DNA from: Candidatus Poribacteria bacterium
GTDB taxonomy: Bacteria; Poribacteria; WGA-4E; PCPOR2b
Assembly: GCA_965198175.1 (NCBI GenBank)
Contig: OZ240245.1
Location: 1,312,001 to 1,376,000 of the forward strand
DNA: 64,000 nt
Direction: 5' to 3'
Shown: one piece after another, positions 29,969-40,438 of the stretch
Numbering within the stretch: the stretch's first letter is position 1
How the letters are laid out: every line of letters begins with the position of its first letter
Program-made: the position numbers and the translations under genes
The notes under the pieces: model-generated
Told to the model about the DNA's origin: nothing
The model's database searches: none
Seen by the model: the letters and a program-made list of their open reading frames with translations, nothing else

Positions 29969-31111
29969 CTACCGCACCTCTTTTATGGCCACCCAACGGC
30001 CCTTTACTGACGAGCGAACGGCGGCCTCCATCGCTTCTTGCACCCGTAATCCGTCGGCCAGCGTAGGAGCAGCGGGTACGTCTTCTGAGATGGATTTGAG
30101 AAATTGGTATTGACATTCCGCGTGCGTGCGCACAAAGCCGGGTGGCATTGACCCGTCTGGGCATTTCTGACCCGCGTAGCGTTGAATGACTTCCAGCTTG
30201 CGATACCCGCGCATGTCACCCAGAGGCTGATTGGCATCCCGGGTATCATAGACCTCCAGCCAACTGGGGTCAGCAGCGTTGAAGCGGATAGCTCCTCTGT
30301 GGCCAAAAATCTCAAGCTGCAGATCGTTGGTGGTCCCGGTTCCCATCCGTGAAATTTCGACCAGTCCCAGTGTGCCGTCGGCCATGCGGATGTGCATTAG
30401 TGCGATGTCGTCAACGTCGACTGCCCCTTTTTCCGTTGTGCCCGCAGCGAGGGGGCGCTGCTTAATGAGCGTGTCGAGTGTCGCCAGCACCGAACCAAAA
30501 TCGCCCATCAGGTAGTAGATTAGGTCCAGAACATGGGACCCGAGATCAAATAGTGCTCCCCCTCCGGCGATTTCTTTGCGCAGGCGCCACGAGAGTGGCT
30601 TGTCGTAGTCAATGTAGCTGGAGCGGTAGTAACGCCCCCGGAAGGAAAAAACGTCGCCCAAAAATCCATCTTCCACTAATTGACGTGCCCGGGTGATGGC
30701 CGGGAAAAAACGGAAGTTAAAAGTTATCTGGGTTTTCACACCGGCTTTTTCGGCCGCCTGGACCATACGCTGGCCTTCAGCGACATTCATCGCAAGGGGT
30801 TTCTCACAGTAAATCGGTACCCCAGCCCCCACCGCTGCCAAAACAATCTCTTCGTGGGCGTGGTTTGGGACGCAGCAATCAATCAGGTCGACATCATCGC
30901 GAGAGAGCAGTTCATGATAATCAGTGGTCCACACCTGACAGCCGATTTCACAGGCGGCTTTCTCTGCGGTTTCCTGGCGCGTCGTTGAAACTCCGACAAC
31001 GTTAATGGTGTCAGCGGGAAGACCGTAGTGCAGGGGAATGTTTCGGTAGGCCATCACGTGAACACGACCAATTCCACCGTAGCCAATCATCGCAACGTTG
31101 AGTTTTTTCAT
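29969..31111 (-). CDS. Gfo/Idh/MocA family oxidoreductase
   Basis: VAMIGYGGIG, CVPNHAH, YCEKPLA, GGGALFDLGSH; start at ATG 31111 with GGAGG. Confidence 0.9.
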   Translation of the reverse strand: MKKLNVAMIGYGGIGRVHVMAYRNIPLHYGLPADTINVVGVSTTRQETAEKAACEIGCQVWTTDYHELLSRDDVDLIDCCVPNHAHEEIVLAAVGAGVPIYCEKPLAMNVAEGQRMVQAAEKAGVKTQITFNFRFFPAITRARQLVEDGFLGDVFSFRGRYYRSSYIDYDKPLSWRLRKEIAGGGALFDLGSHVLDLIYYLMGDFGSVLATLDTLIKQRPLAAGTTEKGAVDVDDIALMHIRMADGTLGLVEISRMGTGTTNDLQLEIFGHRGAIRFNAADPSWLEVYDTRDANQPLGDMRGYRKLEVIQRYAGQKCPDGSMPPGFVRTHAECQYQFLKSISEDVPAAPTLADGLRVQEAMEAAVRSSVKGRWVAIKEVR

Positions 31112-31143
31112 GGGTGGTTTGCCTCCCCTTCGGTATGCTCGCA

Positions 31144-31941
31144 CTATTTCTTTAACCCGTTTTCATCCCGATATTTATCGCTGGCTTCATCCATTACTGC
31201 TCGCAGTTTTTTTACTGCGGCTTCAATTTGGCCTGTGCCAGGGACCAACTTCCCCTTGGGGCCTTTGAGCAGTGGAGACGAAAACTCACCGACCGTCATC
31301 CCGACTTTGATAAAATCTTCAACGTTACCGATATTGAGCCCACCGTCCTCCATCAACTCCATTTGCTCCTCTAACCCGGCCGCCACAATCATTTCGTGCA
31401 TCCGCCGGATGTTGTCGACCATAATTGGGTCCATGGTATGCGGGCTTCTACCGGTTTCCTGAGTCCAGAAGTAAGCTCTGCTCTCGTATTCAATGATGTC
31501 CACATTTTGCACAACGTATTGTTCAAAGGCAACAATCGGTAAGCCTTGCCAGGCCCAAACCCCGACCTTCAAACCCATGTCCTTGATGAAAGTAATCGCC
31601 TGCAAGGTCAGTTCACCCATGGTTTCGATGGGCAAGGTAATTAGATCGACGCCTAAATCAGCTAACTGTCTGAACACATCAAAGCTGGGGCGGACCATCT
31701 GCAGTTGCGCTTCAATTCCGAGGTTGGTGCTCTGACGCACCCCTTCGATAATGTCGAAACCTCCACGGGGCATGCCAAAATCCATATATTTACCATCGCG
31801 GACTTCGAGGTGAATCCAGTCAACGCCGGCTGCTTCGAGTTCCTGAACTTGAGCTCCCAAGACCGCGTAGTCAGCCCAAAAGAGGCCGGCGGAAATCTTT
31901 ACTTTTGGGGTAACTTTGCCAATGCAATCTTCTGTTGTCAT
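31144..31941 (-). CDS. Divergent ribulose-phosphate 3-epimerase family protein
   Basis: ISAGLFWADY..LG, AGVDWIHLEVRDG, MEDGGL; start at ATG 31941 with GGAGG. Confidence 0.7.
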   Translation of the reverse strand: MTTEDCIGKVTPKVKISAGLFWADYAVLGAQVQELEAAGVDWIHLEVRDGKYMDFGMPRGGFDIIEGVRQSTNLGIEAQLQMVRPSFDVFRQLADLGVDLITLPIETMGELTLQAITFIKDMGLKVGVWAWQGLPIVAFEQYVVQNVDIIEYESRAYFWTQETGRSPHTMDPIMVDNIRRMHEMIVAAGLEEQMELMEDGGLNIGNVEDFIKVGMTVGEFSSPLLKGPKGKLVPGTGQIEAAVKKLRAVMDEASDKYRDENGLKK

Positions 31942-32169
31942 TTTACCTCCATTCCGAATACTGCGATGATAACCAAGCATAAAACAGCCAAAATGGACGT
32001 TTTCGACCCGGGCGGGTTTGCGTTTTCAACCGGATTGATTGTCACCGCGCAAAATAAACTTCCTTGCTGATTGCTAAAAAGTCGAGGCGTTCAGCCAGCC
32101 TGGAAAGTGGCTAAAACGTCGTTCACTTTTCCTCGCTGCGACCGTTATCAACGACTTTTTCAATAAACT

Positions 32170-32812
32170 TCACGCCACGCGCGCCATCATAGACGGTTGG
32201 GAGGTCCAGCTCCAATTCAGACGGCTCACTCCCGTCGAGCTTGGCCCGAATGGCGCCGGTAATGCCGGAGCAAACCGTATCGGTGCGCCACTAGGCCTGC
32301 TTGCGCTCCCTCAATCTTCTCTAGCAACCAATCTTGGGTGTATTCCACACGCGTTGGAGGTGGCCTAATTTGCCAGCTTTAATCCAATTCCGGGCCTCCT
32401 TGACCCTCGGGTAGCCGGTATAATTGTAGGTCACGCCAAAAACGACGTTGTTTTTCTTAACCACCTCGATGAGGCTTTGCGCTTGCGCACTATTGTGAAT
32501 CATCAGTTTCTCTAGGGCGACATTGAACCCAACTTCAACAAAAGCCAGGGCGGGTTCAAAATGCACGTGGTCGGGCGTGAAATAGAAACCAACTCAATGC
32601 GCTCTCCCTCAGGCAAAGTGCTTTTTTTTCGAGCATCTCTTGCCATGTGCCATAGTTCCGTTCTGAGGGCAGGAGTAAATCCGGAACCGGATCGTTTTCT
32701 CTGCCAGGATGGCTGAAAAGGGCTCCGGCCCCAAATTCAGTGAAGCCATCAGAAATGGCGGCTCGACGATGGGTGGCCCCAACGAAGGCGTCGCGCCCTC
32801 CGCCAACTTGAC
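32170..32812 (-). pseudogene. Frameshifted Gfo/Idh/MocA oxidoreductase remnant
   Basis: Across frames: GQVGGGRDAFVGATHRRAA, YGTWQEML, TPDHVHFEPA, FGVTYNYTGYPRVKEAR. Confidence 0.7.
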
Positions 32813-33080
32813 CAAATTTGAGCTAACCAGAATTAACCTCGCCGGACCATTGGTGTTTTCGGGGGAACCCAGGCCGATAGCTTCGATATGGGCTGGTTCA
32901 ACCTCACCCGCTTCAAGTGGAGCGCGAAAGGCTTGTTCAATAGCCCTCAATCACAATTTCAGGCTGTTGTTCGGAATGCGCGTGAGTGGTATAACGGTTC
33001 AGAATGGGGCCATCTCGACTCACCAAACCGACTGCGATTTTGGTACCTACAACGTCTATTCCAATGGCGTAAGGTTTCAT
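32813..33080 (-). pseudogene. N-terminal ROK-family remnant (frameshifted, truncated)
   Basis: MKPYAIGIDVVGTKIAVGLV then frameshift to IEAIGLGSP..SSNL, fused to the Gfo remnant. Confidence 0.7.
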
Positions 33081-33306
33081 CACATGCCTCCTCGTTGAGG
33101 TACTTAACCCACGTTGCCCCCTTTGACACGATTTGCTATTTATTTCGACCAATCACCTAAATTGCGGTGCTATTCGAAGGAAAGGTAGAGTGGAAGTAAG
33201 GGAAGGAGGTGTGTATTTACTTCCTATTCTTCTCTTCTTCCCAACAGATTTGAATAGGTAGCAACTCGAGGTACTTAATGTATTATTTTTTCGCCCCAGG
33301 AGTGCA

Positions 33307-34167
33307 TTAATTTCTGGAACTTTGGCGCTGACTTGCGCCTACCAGGTAATCTTTAATCCCCTGCTGCCACTTGGGCAGGGCATGAGCAGTGACCAGTTGG
33401 TACAGCCGGCAATTCAACACGGCTCTGGCTGGTCGCTTGGCAAACCTCTTGAGCGCCGTGGCTTCCAGAATTTCCACAGGTTCTGAACGTCCCGTCTGCT
33501 GCAAAACGTACTGGGCAAACACGGCTCGTGTGCAAGCGCCGATACTCGTCACGTTATATATACCGTAGGCTCCTGTGCCAATCAAGTGTTGTATCGCCTC
33601 TGCCAGGTGTCCGGTGTAGGTTGGTGATTCGAGCTGGTCAACCGGCATCCGCACCACACCTTCATTTTCGGCGGTTTTCAGGACGCGCTCAATGTAATTA
33701 TTGGGCGTGTGTCCAAAAAGCCATGCGGTCCGGACAACATACGTGCGGGGGCAAAGCTGCCGGCTTAGCCGCTCTCCGGCCAACTTTGACCGCCCGTACT
33801 GGTTGAGTGGATTCGGCAGAGAAACCTCATCATAATCCGTTTCGGACTTGCCATCAAAGATGTAATCTGTAGAGATGTAAAGCAGCATGCTTCCTACCTG
33901 CTGTCCAGCCAGGGCCAGGTTTTGAGCCCCAACCGCATTGATACGCCAGGCCTTATCTGGGTCGGCTTCACAGCCTTCAAGATCAACAAATACTGCTGCA
34001 TTGACAATAAGCTCCGGGCGCTCGGCGTTCAGCATCTCTAACGTTTTGGGCCGGTCAGTAATGTCAATCTCATCAAGATCCCAGGCCAAGATTTCATGCT
34101 GAATTTTTAAAACGCGACATAGCTCCTGGCCCAGCATGCCTTTGGCTCCAATGACTGCGATTTTCAT
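33307..34167 (-). CDS. rfbD: dTDP-4-dehydrorhamnose reductase
   Basis: MKIAVIGAKGMLG, ISTDYIFDG, NQYGRSKLAGE, RTAWLF, DQLESPT, AKRP. Confidence 0.85.
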   Translation of the reverse strand: MKIAVIGAKGMLGQELCRVLKIQHEILAWDLDEIDITDRPKTLEMLNAERPELIVNAAVFVDLEGCEADPDKAWRINAVGAQNLALAGQQVGSMLLYISTDYIFDGKSETDYDEVSLPNPLNQYGRSKLAGERLSRQLCPRTYVVRTAWLFGHTPNNYIERVLKTAENEGVVRMPVDQLESPTYTGHLAEAIQHLIGTGAYGIYNVTSIGACTRAVFAQYVLQQTGRSEPVEILEATALKRFAKRPARAVLNCRLYQLVTAHALPKWQQGIKDYLVGASQRQSSRN

Positions 34168-34818
34168 AGAATGTGCTCGGTTTTGGTCTGCAACCCGGAA
34201 GTCGAGGCGAAGCAAGCGTTGTCCCCATACGCATTAAGTTAAGGGTACTGTTATAGTGCGAATAGAAATTGAGAGGTATTGGGTTCCTTAATCTCATCAT
34301 ACGAACACAAATTTGTCAAGATAAAAATTGAGGGTATAGAAATTTCGGACAAGCATAAAGAGTTTGTCCATAAGCCTGGTTCAAAAACAGATAATATGTC
34401 AGACCATGCAAAACGCCTGAGCATTGCAACGGGAAGAAATGAAAGCAACGGAAGCAAGGCAAGAAAGTCTCCCATTCCTTTTCTTCCTTCGTTGCCTGCG
34501 ATTCATTTTTTCGATTATTCAAAAGGGCAACCCAATTCAGGCATTCATTTCACCTTTGGCAACGGCTCTGACACCGGAATCACGCCCTTTCTCAGATGTC
34601 ATGTGTGTTAAAAATACACCGCCAATTTGCGGAAATATCGTCATAATGCTCTGAATGCATACTTTTGAAAGAAGTGTGGTGAGTTCGAAGACGTACCGGC
34701 TCAAATGTCGTCTGACTGAACAAAAGGACGATGAGACTAGTCACCTCTGATTGAGACGACTTTTTCACTTAGAAGAACGTGAAGATGAAATGGAAGAAAT
34801 AGAGGGAAAAGAAGGGAG

Positions 34819-35813
34819 TTACCAAAGAACTTCTGCGTCGGGCACGTGGTAAATGGCACGCTTCAACGGCGCACTTTTGCCGCGCTGCATGTTCTCACGC
34901 TGGTAGGTGGGCGAGATGGTGCCGTTGGGGGAAATGTCCACAACCGTATCGCCCTGCCAAGTAAGCGTGTAGGTTTGTCCGGCGAAGAACTTCCCTTCGA
35001 CAATCTCCCGTTGCGGAAAGGTTATCGTCACCTTCCGGTCGGGTTTTAAGCCCGTAAGCCGCACAAAGCCATCCTGCCAGTCGCCCGCTGACACGTCTAC
35101 TAGCCGGTCATCGACCATAACAGACACCTCGCCTTTGCTCACCCAATCAGGAACACGGACGGAGAGAACCGACGCGTCGTGGACGAAGAGTTCTACTTTT
35201 CCTTCGTACGGCATGTGGCTATTGACTCGAACCCATTTCGAATCCCGATTCAGAAGGAGATTCACGCTTACACCGTTCGCATCTTGAGTCACGATATTGT
35301 GCCAAACGATGTAGAGGGCCTCAGCCCCGGAGACACAGCAGTGCATAATCTGTTGGCTTCCTTTGCGGCTCATCCGCTTCCCGACCCAGTCGTTTGGATC
35401 ACTCCACCCGGCGAAGCCGCCGATTACCCTTTCAGGAACCTCCCGATATGTCGTTCTCGGCGTCTCATCCGGGCGCGGTCCGCGGCTCTTTACCCAACTC
35501 GTGTCTTGCAAATGGCTCTCAACGAGGTGATTTCTTGCAGCGCGTTCAACGTTGTTCCAGTATTCGGTGTAGCCGGCCTTTGCCAGAAGCGTGCCAATCA
35601 GCAGCATGCTTCGAATGCAACAAGTCTCGCAGCCCGCGACTCCCGAATAGCCCGTGAAGAAGAGACTTTCAGGGTACCAACCGATGCCACCGCTGAAACT
35701 TTCGACATAGTCAAAAACGTTTTGGTGCGAGAATCACGGTGACAGCACCCATCTACGTCAAAAAGTTGCGCCGAGAAATCGAATGGCCGATCTTTTCTTA
35801 ACGGTCTAGGCAT
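34819..35813 (-). pseudogene. Internally deleted GH127/GH146-like (beta-L-arabinofuranosidase-like) glycoside hydrolase
   Basis: GIGWYPE..GCETCC in frame upstream of the 35607 ORF; ERAARNHL, MHCC, PYEGKV; in-frame stop near 35740; N-terminal half missing. Confidence 0.6.
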
Positions 35814-35824
35814 CTGTTTTTCTC

Positions 35825-36268
35825 TTACAATTCTGATTCGAGCAACTCGAGGGTGATGCCATCCGGGTCCTTAAAATAGACCCATTTCAACCCTGCTAGA
35901 GGTCCCTCCTCCTCAATGTTGAGCGGCGATAGGAACTCGATCCCTTTTGCCTCCAATTCCTCCATCTTTTTCGCCGCGTCTTTGACTCGGAAGGCCACAT
36001 GCATTGCCCCCAGCGTATTGAGTGGCATAGGCTCACCCACTGGAGAATTGGGAGTAACATACTGCACCAACTCCAGTTCCCCTTCCCCTGTGCTGAGAAC
36101 AGCCTGCCTGACGTTTGTATTTGGAACACCAACACTCTTGGAGAGTTGCTCCCCCTTAAACACTTGGGTCTGTTCCATAATCAACTCCAAGCCGAGTACG
36201 TCCCGATAAAATTCAACGGATCTGTCTAAATTTGACACAGTAATACCTGTATGAAAGATTCCCTCCAT
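35825..36268 (-). CDS. VOC/glyoxalase family protein
   Basis: FHTGITVSNLDRSVEFYRDVLG, ELELVQY, HVAFRV, YFKDPDGITLELLE; AGGAGG RBS. Confidence 0.9.
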   Translation of the reverse strand: MEGIFHTGITVSNLDRSVEFYRDVLGLELIMEQTQVFKGEQLSKSVGVPNTNVRQAVLSTGEGELELVQYVTPNSPVGEPMPLNTLGAMHVAFRVKDAAKKMEELEAKGIEFLSPLNIEEEGPLAGLKWVYFKDPDGITLELLESEL

Positions 36269-36284
36269 TTTGTCCTCCTTTCCA

Positions 36285-37265
36285 TTATAACCCTTCTGCA
36301 AGACCCACAACCTGCGCCCGGCGTGCCAGCCAACCGCAACCCAGAATGGGTCCATCATCATTCAGTTCGGTTGCAAGTATACGCACCCGAGAACCCACAG
36401 ATTGATATGAATATCGCGGCACTGTCTTTCGAGCAGGCTCAAGCAACAGGTCTCCGGCTTTTGCCACGCTTGAGCCAACCACGTAGAGGTCAATGCCCAA
36501 GATCATAGCCATCGAAGCAATGATCACCCCTAACGCCTCGCCAGCTTGTGCTATAACTTGCGTAGCCAAAGCGTCTCCCTGCCCAGCCCGGCGTGCCACC
36601 AGTCCTCCGGTGACAGGTTGCTCCTGCAGGGCAAGATACGGACGCTGCCCCTGACACTCTCGCTCGAGGGCACGTCTGTAGCGCAGGGCCAACCACGGGC
36701 CGGATATGTATGTCTCTGCACAGCCCCTGGAACCGCACGAACACATCTCGCCGTGCCGGTCCAGCGTAGTGTGCCCTACCTCTCCAGCGGAACTGTGTGT
36801 GCCATAGTACAACTCACCATCAATGATGATGGCTGCACCGACGCCGGTACCAACAACGATGTAAACCATGCTTCGCTCACCGCGAGCGGCACCATAATAA
36901 AACTCCCCCAACCCTGCAGCCTTTGCATCATGTTCCAACCTCACGGGTAACTTCAACCGCTCGGTCAGCATTTGTCGTAGGGGCGCATTGTGTAATCCCG
37001 GTATATTGGGCGGATCAATGATCTTCCCGGCCTGATGATCTATGGGCCCAGGGCTACAAATGCCCAAGGCAGCGATTGCTCTCCCATCTGGTATTCCCCT
37101 TTGGAGTTCGGCGACGCTCTGGGCGATACGTTCTACCACCGCCTGCGGACCCTCATCCGCATTCGTGGGTAATCGGCGATAGGCGACAATTCGATCGGTG
37201 GAATCAATTAGGCCCAAAGCGATTTTGGTTGCTCCCAAATCCACGCCCACGACCCAATCACACAT
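36285..37265 (-). CDS. ROK family sugar kinase
   Basis: GVDLGATKI, EHDAKAAGLGE, GTGVGA, GEVGH, CSCGSRGCAE. Confidence 0.9.
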   Translation of the reverse strand: MCDWVVGVDLGATKIALGLIDSTDRIVAYRRLPTNADEGPQAVVERIAQSVAELQRGIPDGRAIAALGICSPGPIDHQAGKIIDPPNIPGLHNAPLRQMLTERLKLPVRLEHDAKAAGLGEFYYGAARGERSMVYIVVGTGVGAAIIIDGELYYGTHSSAGEVGHTTLDRHGEMCSCGSRGCAETYISGPWLALRYRRALERECQGQRPYLALQEQPVTGGLVARRAGQGDALATQVIAQAGEALGVIIASMAMILGIDLYVVGSSVAKAGDLLLEPARKTVPRYSYQSVGSRVRILATELNDDGPILGCGWLARRAQVVGLAEGL

Positions 37266-37486
37266 TGATTGCCCCTAGCTGTTTTTATGGTGCCATCGTT
37301 ACACGGCTTGACTGTAAAATTCTCAAAACTAAAAGCATTTCTCCATCTCGTGGTCGCAAAACACTGACATCTGACAAAATACCTCAACAAACCAATTTTG
37401 CGAATAAACTCGACATTTCAGAACTGCAGATGCCGGTTGCGGTGCGGCTTTTTTCAATCGAAAATCGTCAATTGAAAATTAGTAGG

Positions 37487-38497
37487 TTACATCACTATCA
37501 CAACTTTGATAACGTTTTCCTTATCATTTTCTGCAATTTTCAGCGCCTCCGGAAGTTCATCGAACTTAAATGTATGTGTAATAAACTGTTCAGGATTGAT
37601 AACATTTTTCTTGAGAAGGTCTATGGCAATCGGAAACCTGAGGTTCGGGATGGAGTGGGTGCCGCGCAACTGAAGCCTCTTGAAATGGAAGGCGTTAGCA
37701 TCAAACGTGATAGTATTCCTATCAAAATCAATACCATTATAAGCAACAATAGCACCAAAGCGTGCGATTTGAAATGCGTCCGGAATTGTTGGCGGAGGCG
37801 AGGTGACTAAGATACGTTCAAATCCGTCCGGAAATTCCCTTTTTACCACATCAAACAGATTTTCTTCATCTACGGCTACTACGCGGTCCACACCCAGCTC
37901 TTCCGCCAGAGATAGTCTTGCTTTCGAATGTGAACGTCCTGTTATCAGCATCTTACCCGCACCCTTGTACTTGGCAACTCTGGCAGCCATTAATCCAATT
38001 GGTCCCGGCCCAAATACGGCAACGTCGCCGTTAATAGGCACTCCAGCTTCTTCAACGAGGTCAAGCGCTACAGTTAAGGGTTCTGCTAATGCCGCAACTG
38101 CAGGGGCCATCCCATCGTGCCTATATAGGCATGTCTTATGTGCACGCACGTAGTCGGCGAAACATGGTTGATTCATTACGATATAGAGATTTGTGCAGTA
38201 AACCGCCTGACCATTCTTACAGTTGGTACATACCCCACAGTATGTGTGATTCTCAACAATAACGCTATCACCCGATGTGTAGTCAGACACATTCGAGCCG
38301 ACTTCTTCGATAGTCCCACAAAACTCATGTCCGATAGGCATCTGCTTGTCCTTTGCAAGGTCACGAGCGTAATGAAGGTCAGTTCCACATATCCCGCAAC
38401 AGGCAACTTTCACGAGAACCTCATCTGGTCCAATTTTTGGAATTGGAATATCCTTAATTTCAACCTCAAAAGGCACTCTTACAAATGCAGCTTTCAT
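37487..38497 (-). CDS. Zinc-dependent alcohol/polyol dehydrogenase (MDR)
   Basis: CGICGTD, GHE, CGVCTNC..YC, GPGPIG. Confidence 0.9.
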   Translation of the reverse strand: MKAAFVRVPFEVEIKDIPIPKIGPDEVLVKVACCGICGTDLHYARDLAKDKQMPIGHEFCGTIEEVGSNVSDYTSGDSVIVENHTYCGVCTNCKNGQAVYCTNLYIVMNQPCFADYVRAHKTCLYRHDGMAPAVAALAEPLTVALDLVEEAGVPINGDVAVFGPGPIGLMAARVAKYKGAGKMLITGRSHSKARLSLAEELGVDRVVAVDEENLFDVVKREFPDGFERILVTSPPPTIPDAFQIARFGAIVAYNGIDFDRNTITFDANAFHFKRLQLRGTHSIPNLRFPIAIDLLKKNVINPEQFITHTFKFDELPEALKIAENDKENVIKVVIVM

Positions 38498-38534
38498 GAT
38501 CCCTCCCAGTTATACTCCGCATGGCCACAAATCA

Positions 38535-38621
38535 GTCATCCTGAACCCTTTGCTGTGCTCAAGGAAAAGCTTCGTGAAGAATCTTTCATGTAGCGAGATT
38601 CTTCGTTTCACTCAGAATCAC
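38535..38621. repeat. Palindromic REP/MITE-like intergenic element
   Basis: GTCATCCTGA...GAAGAATCT..AGATTCTTCG...TCAGAATCAC nested inverted repeats. Confidence 0.55.
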
Positions 38622-38826
38622 ATGTTGAATCATGATTCCAATTTATTCCTTTTCCTGTATAATAAATCCTCCGTAACCTCTCCGCTTTTGCATAAATTTC
38701 CGCCAGTTTGAACCGCATGCTGACTACAGACTGTGTCTCTGGCACGGACCTGTACTTGGCTTTCTGACTGAATTTGCCGATTGTGTCCTTCACAGCCAAT
38801 AGTTCTCGTCACTTGTCTTGAGGTAT

Positions 38827-39876
38827 TCAGGCGTTGAGCTGCATTGAATCAGTTTCTACTATGACCTTCATTGCCTGTCCGGCGCGCATCAAGTCAACGC
38901 CTGCCGCCAGATCCTTCAGTGGAACTCTGTGTGTAATGAGCGCTGATGGTTGCAGACGCCGACTCTCCAGCAGTTGGATTGTTTGCTCAAAGGGTTTGAG
39001 GCCAACAAAGGTCCCGTGGATAGTCAAGTCGTAACGGGTGATGGTATACTGATTGACGGCCGGGTTGTCACGCGGGCGCAAGCCGAACAGAATCACCCGG
39101 CCCCCACGCCGAGTCAATTTGATGGCCGTGTCTAGTTGGTTTCCCACCGCATCGACTACCACATCTGCTCCAAGTTCAGTGATATCTAGCACTGCTTGTG
39201 CCACATCGACTTCCGTCGGGTTAAACGCTGCATCCACCCCCAACCCTTCGGCAAATCGGAGGCGGTAAGGGGCCAGGTCGGTCACGATGATTTTGCCTGC
39301 CCCGAGGGTACGATACATTTGGGCGAAGAGTAAGCCCATCGGTCCCGCACCGATGATTGCCACGCTGTCCCCTGCTTGGGTGGGAACTCGTGCTACCGCG
39401 CCAACCACACAGGTCAGTGGCTCGAAAAAGGTGGCATCATCGCGGGGTACTTTGGCGCTGATCTTGAATAACGCGCCTTGAGGAACGCGCAGGTAGGGAG
39501 CGAAGGCGCCATCGATAGTTGTGCCGATGGTGCTGGAGTTTGTGCACTGATTGTCGAGCCCCCGGCGGCAATAGCGGCACCTGCCACAGGTGAGTCGGGG
39601 CGCAATGACCACCCGGTCACCGGATTGTAGGTTGGTCACGCCGGAACACACTTCCTCCACAACGCCGACCCCTTCATGGCCGATGATGATGTTCGGGGTG
39701 GCTCTATGGGCCGGCGGCACAGCCAGAATGTTCAAGTCCGTGCCGCAGATGCCACAAGCTTCGACTCTGACTAGGACATCGCCGATTTCTTTCGGTCGCG
39801 GAACGGGGCGCTCCTCGTACACGAGCTGCCCGTCACCCTTGAAGGCAGGAACGTACATCGTTTCCATCTCCACCAC
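38827..39876 (-). CDS. Zinc-dependent alcohol/polyol dehydrogenase (MDR)
   Basis: CGICGTD, GHEGVG, CGRCRYC..QC, GAGPMG. Confidence 0.9.
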   Translation of the reverse strand: MVEMETMYVPAFKGDGQLVYEERPVPRPKEIGDVLVRVEACGICGTDLNILAVPPAHRATPNIIIGHEGVGVVEEVCSGVTNLQSGDRVVIAPRLTCGRCRYCRRGLDNQCTNSSTIGTTIDGAFAPYLRVPQGALFKISAKVPRDDATFFEPLTCVVGAVARVPTQAGDSVAIIGAGPMGLLFAQMYRTLGAGKIIVTDLAPYRLRFAEGLGVDAAFNPTEVDVAQAVLDITELGADVVVDAVGNQLDTAIKLTRRGGRVILFGLRPRDNPAVNQYTITRYDLTIHGTFVGLKPFEQTIQLLESRRLQPSALITHRVPLKDLAAGVDLMRAGQAMKVIVETDSMQLNA

Positions 39877-40345
39877 GCTCCATGTTCAATACTTCAGTTG
39901 CGGCTTGATGAAGAAGTTCCAAGTCGTCACTATGAACTTCGACCTTCACAAGGGTCATCTGGTCATAATTTAAATGGGAATAACCAAACATCAGATACCA
40001 CCCAAGGAAATAATAGCATTCGAAGATTCTTTGACACCTGCAAAATCACAGTCTGTTTGGGGGCATTATACCAAAAATCGGAAGTGTTGTCCATCCCATT
40101 TTTAGCTTCGGTTTATCCCCAGTTTTTTGCTAGCACTTCTATAGCGAAGGTTTCACCTATATCCGTTGCACCAGAACTGAAAGTGGGATTATCCCACAGG
40201 TCAAATAGAGGCGAAAACCCCTTGGTTTTAGGGACAGATTTACTCTCAATTCCCGTGGGCATCAGACTTTCTCACCCCTGCGTCCGCTCTGTGTGCGTGA
40301 TTACAGGGCTCAGAAAAAACTGGGGGTAGATGAACTTTTTGAGCT

Positions 40346-40371
40346 GGGGCGAGCCATGCCTCGCCCCCTAC
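40346..40371 (-). repeat. GTAG-type REP palindrome
   Basis: Minus strand GTAG-GGGGCGAG-gcatgg-CTCGCCCC. Confidence 0.6.
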
Positions 40372-40438
40372 TTCAAAATGGCGGTTAAACCACATAGGCA
40401 CTACCGCTAAAAAGGCTCACATGGAACTCAAGAAGGTA

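Noticed and set aside
33150..34818. Purine-rich and AT-rich spacers around rfbD as possible IS ends or an rfb cluster
   Set aside because: No terminal inverted repeats or transposase recognisable; no other rfb/rml genes adjacent.
37076..37810. 244-aa plus-strand ORF and many other short track ORFs
   Set aside because: Antisense or alternate-frame shadows of well-supported genes with no recognisable motifs.
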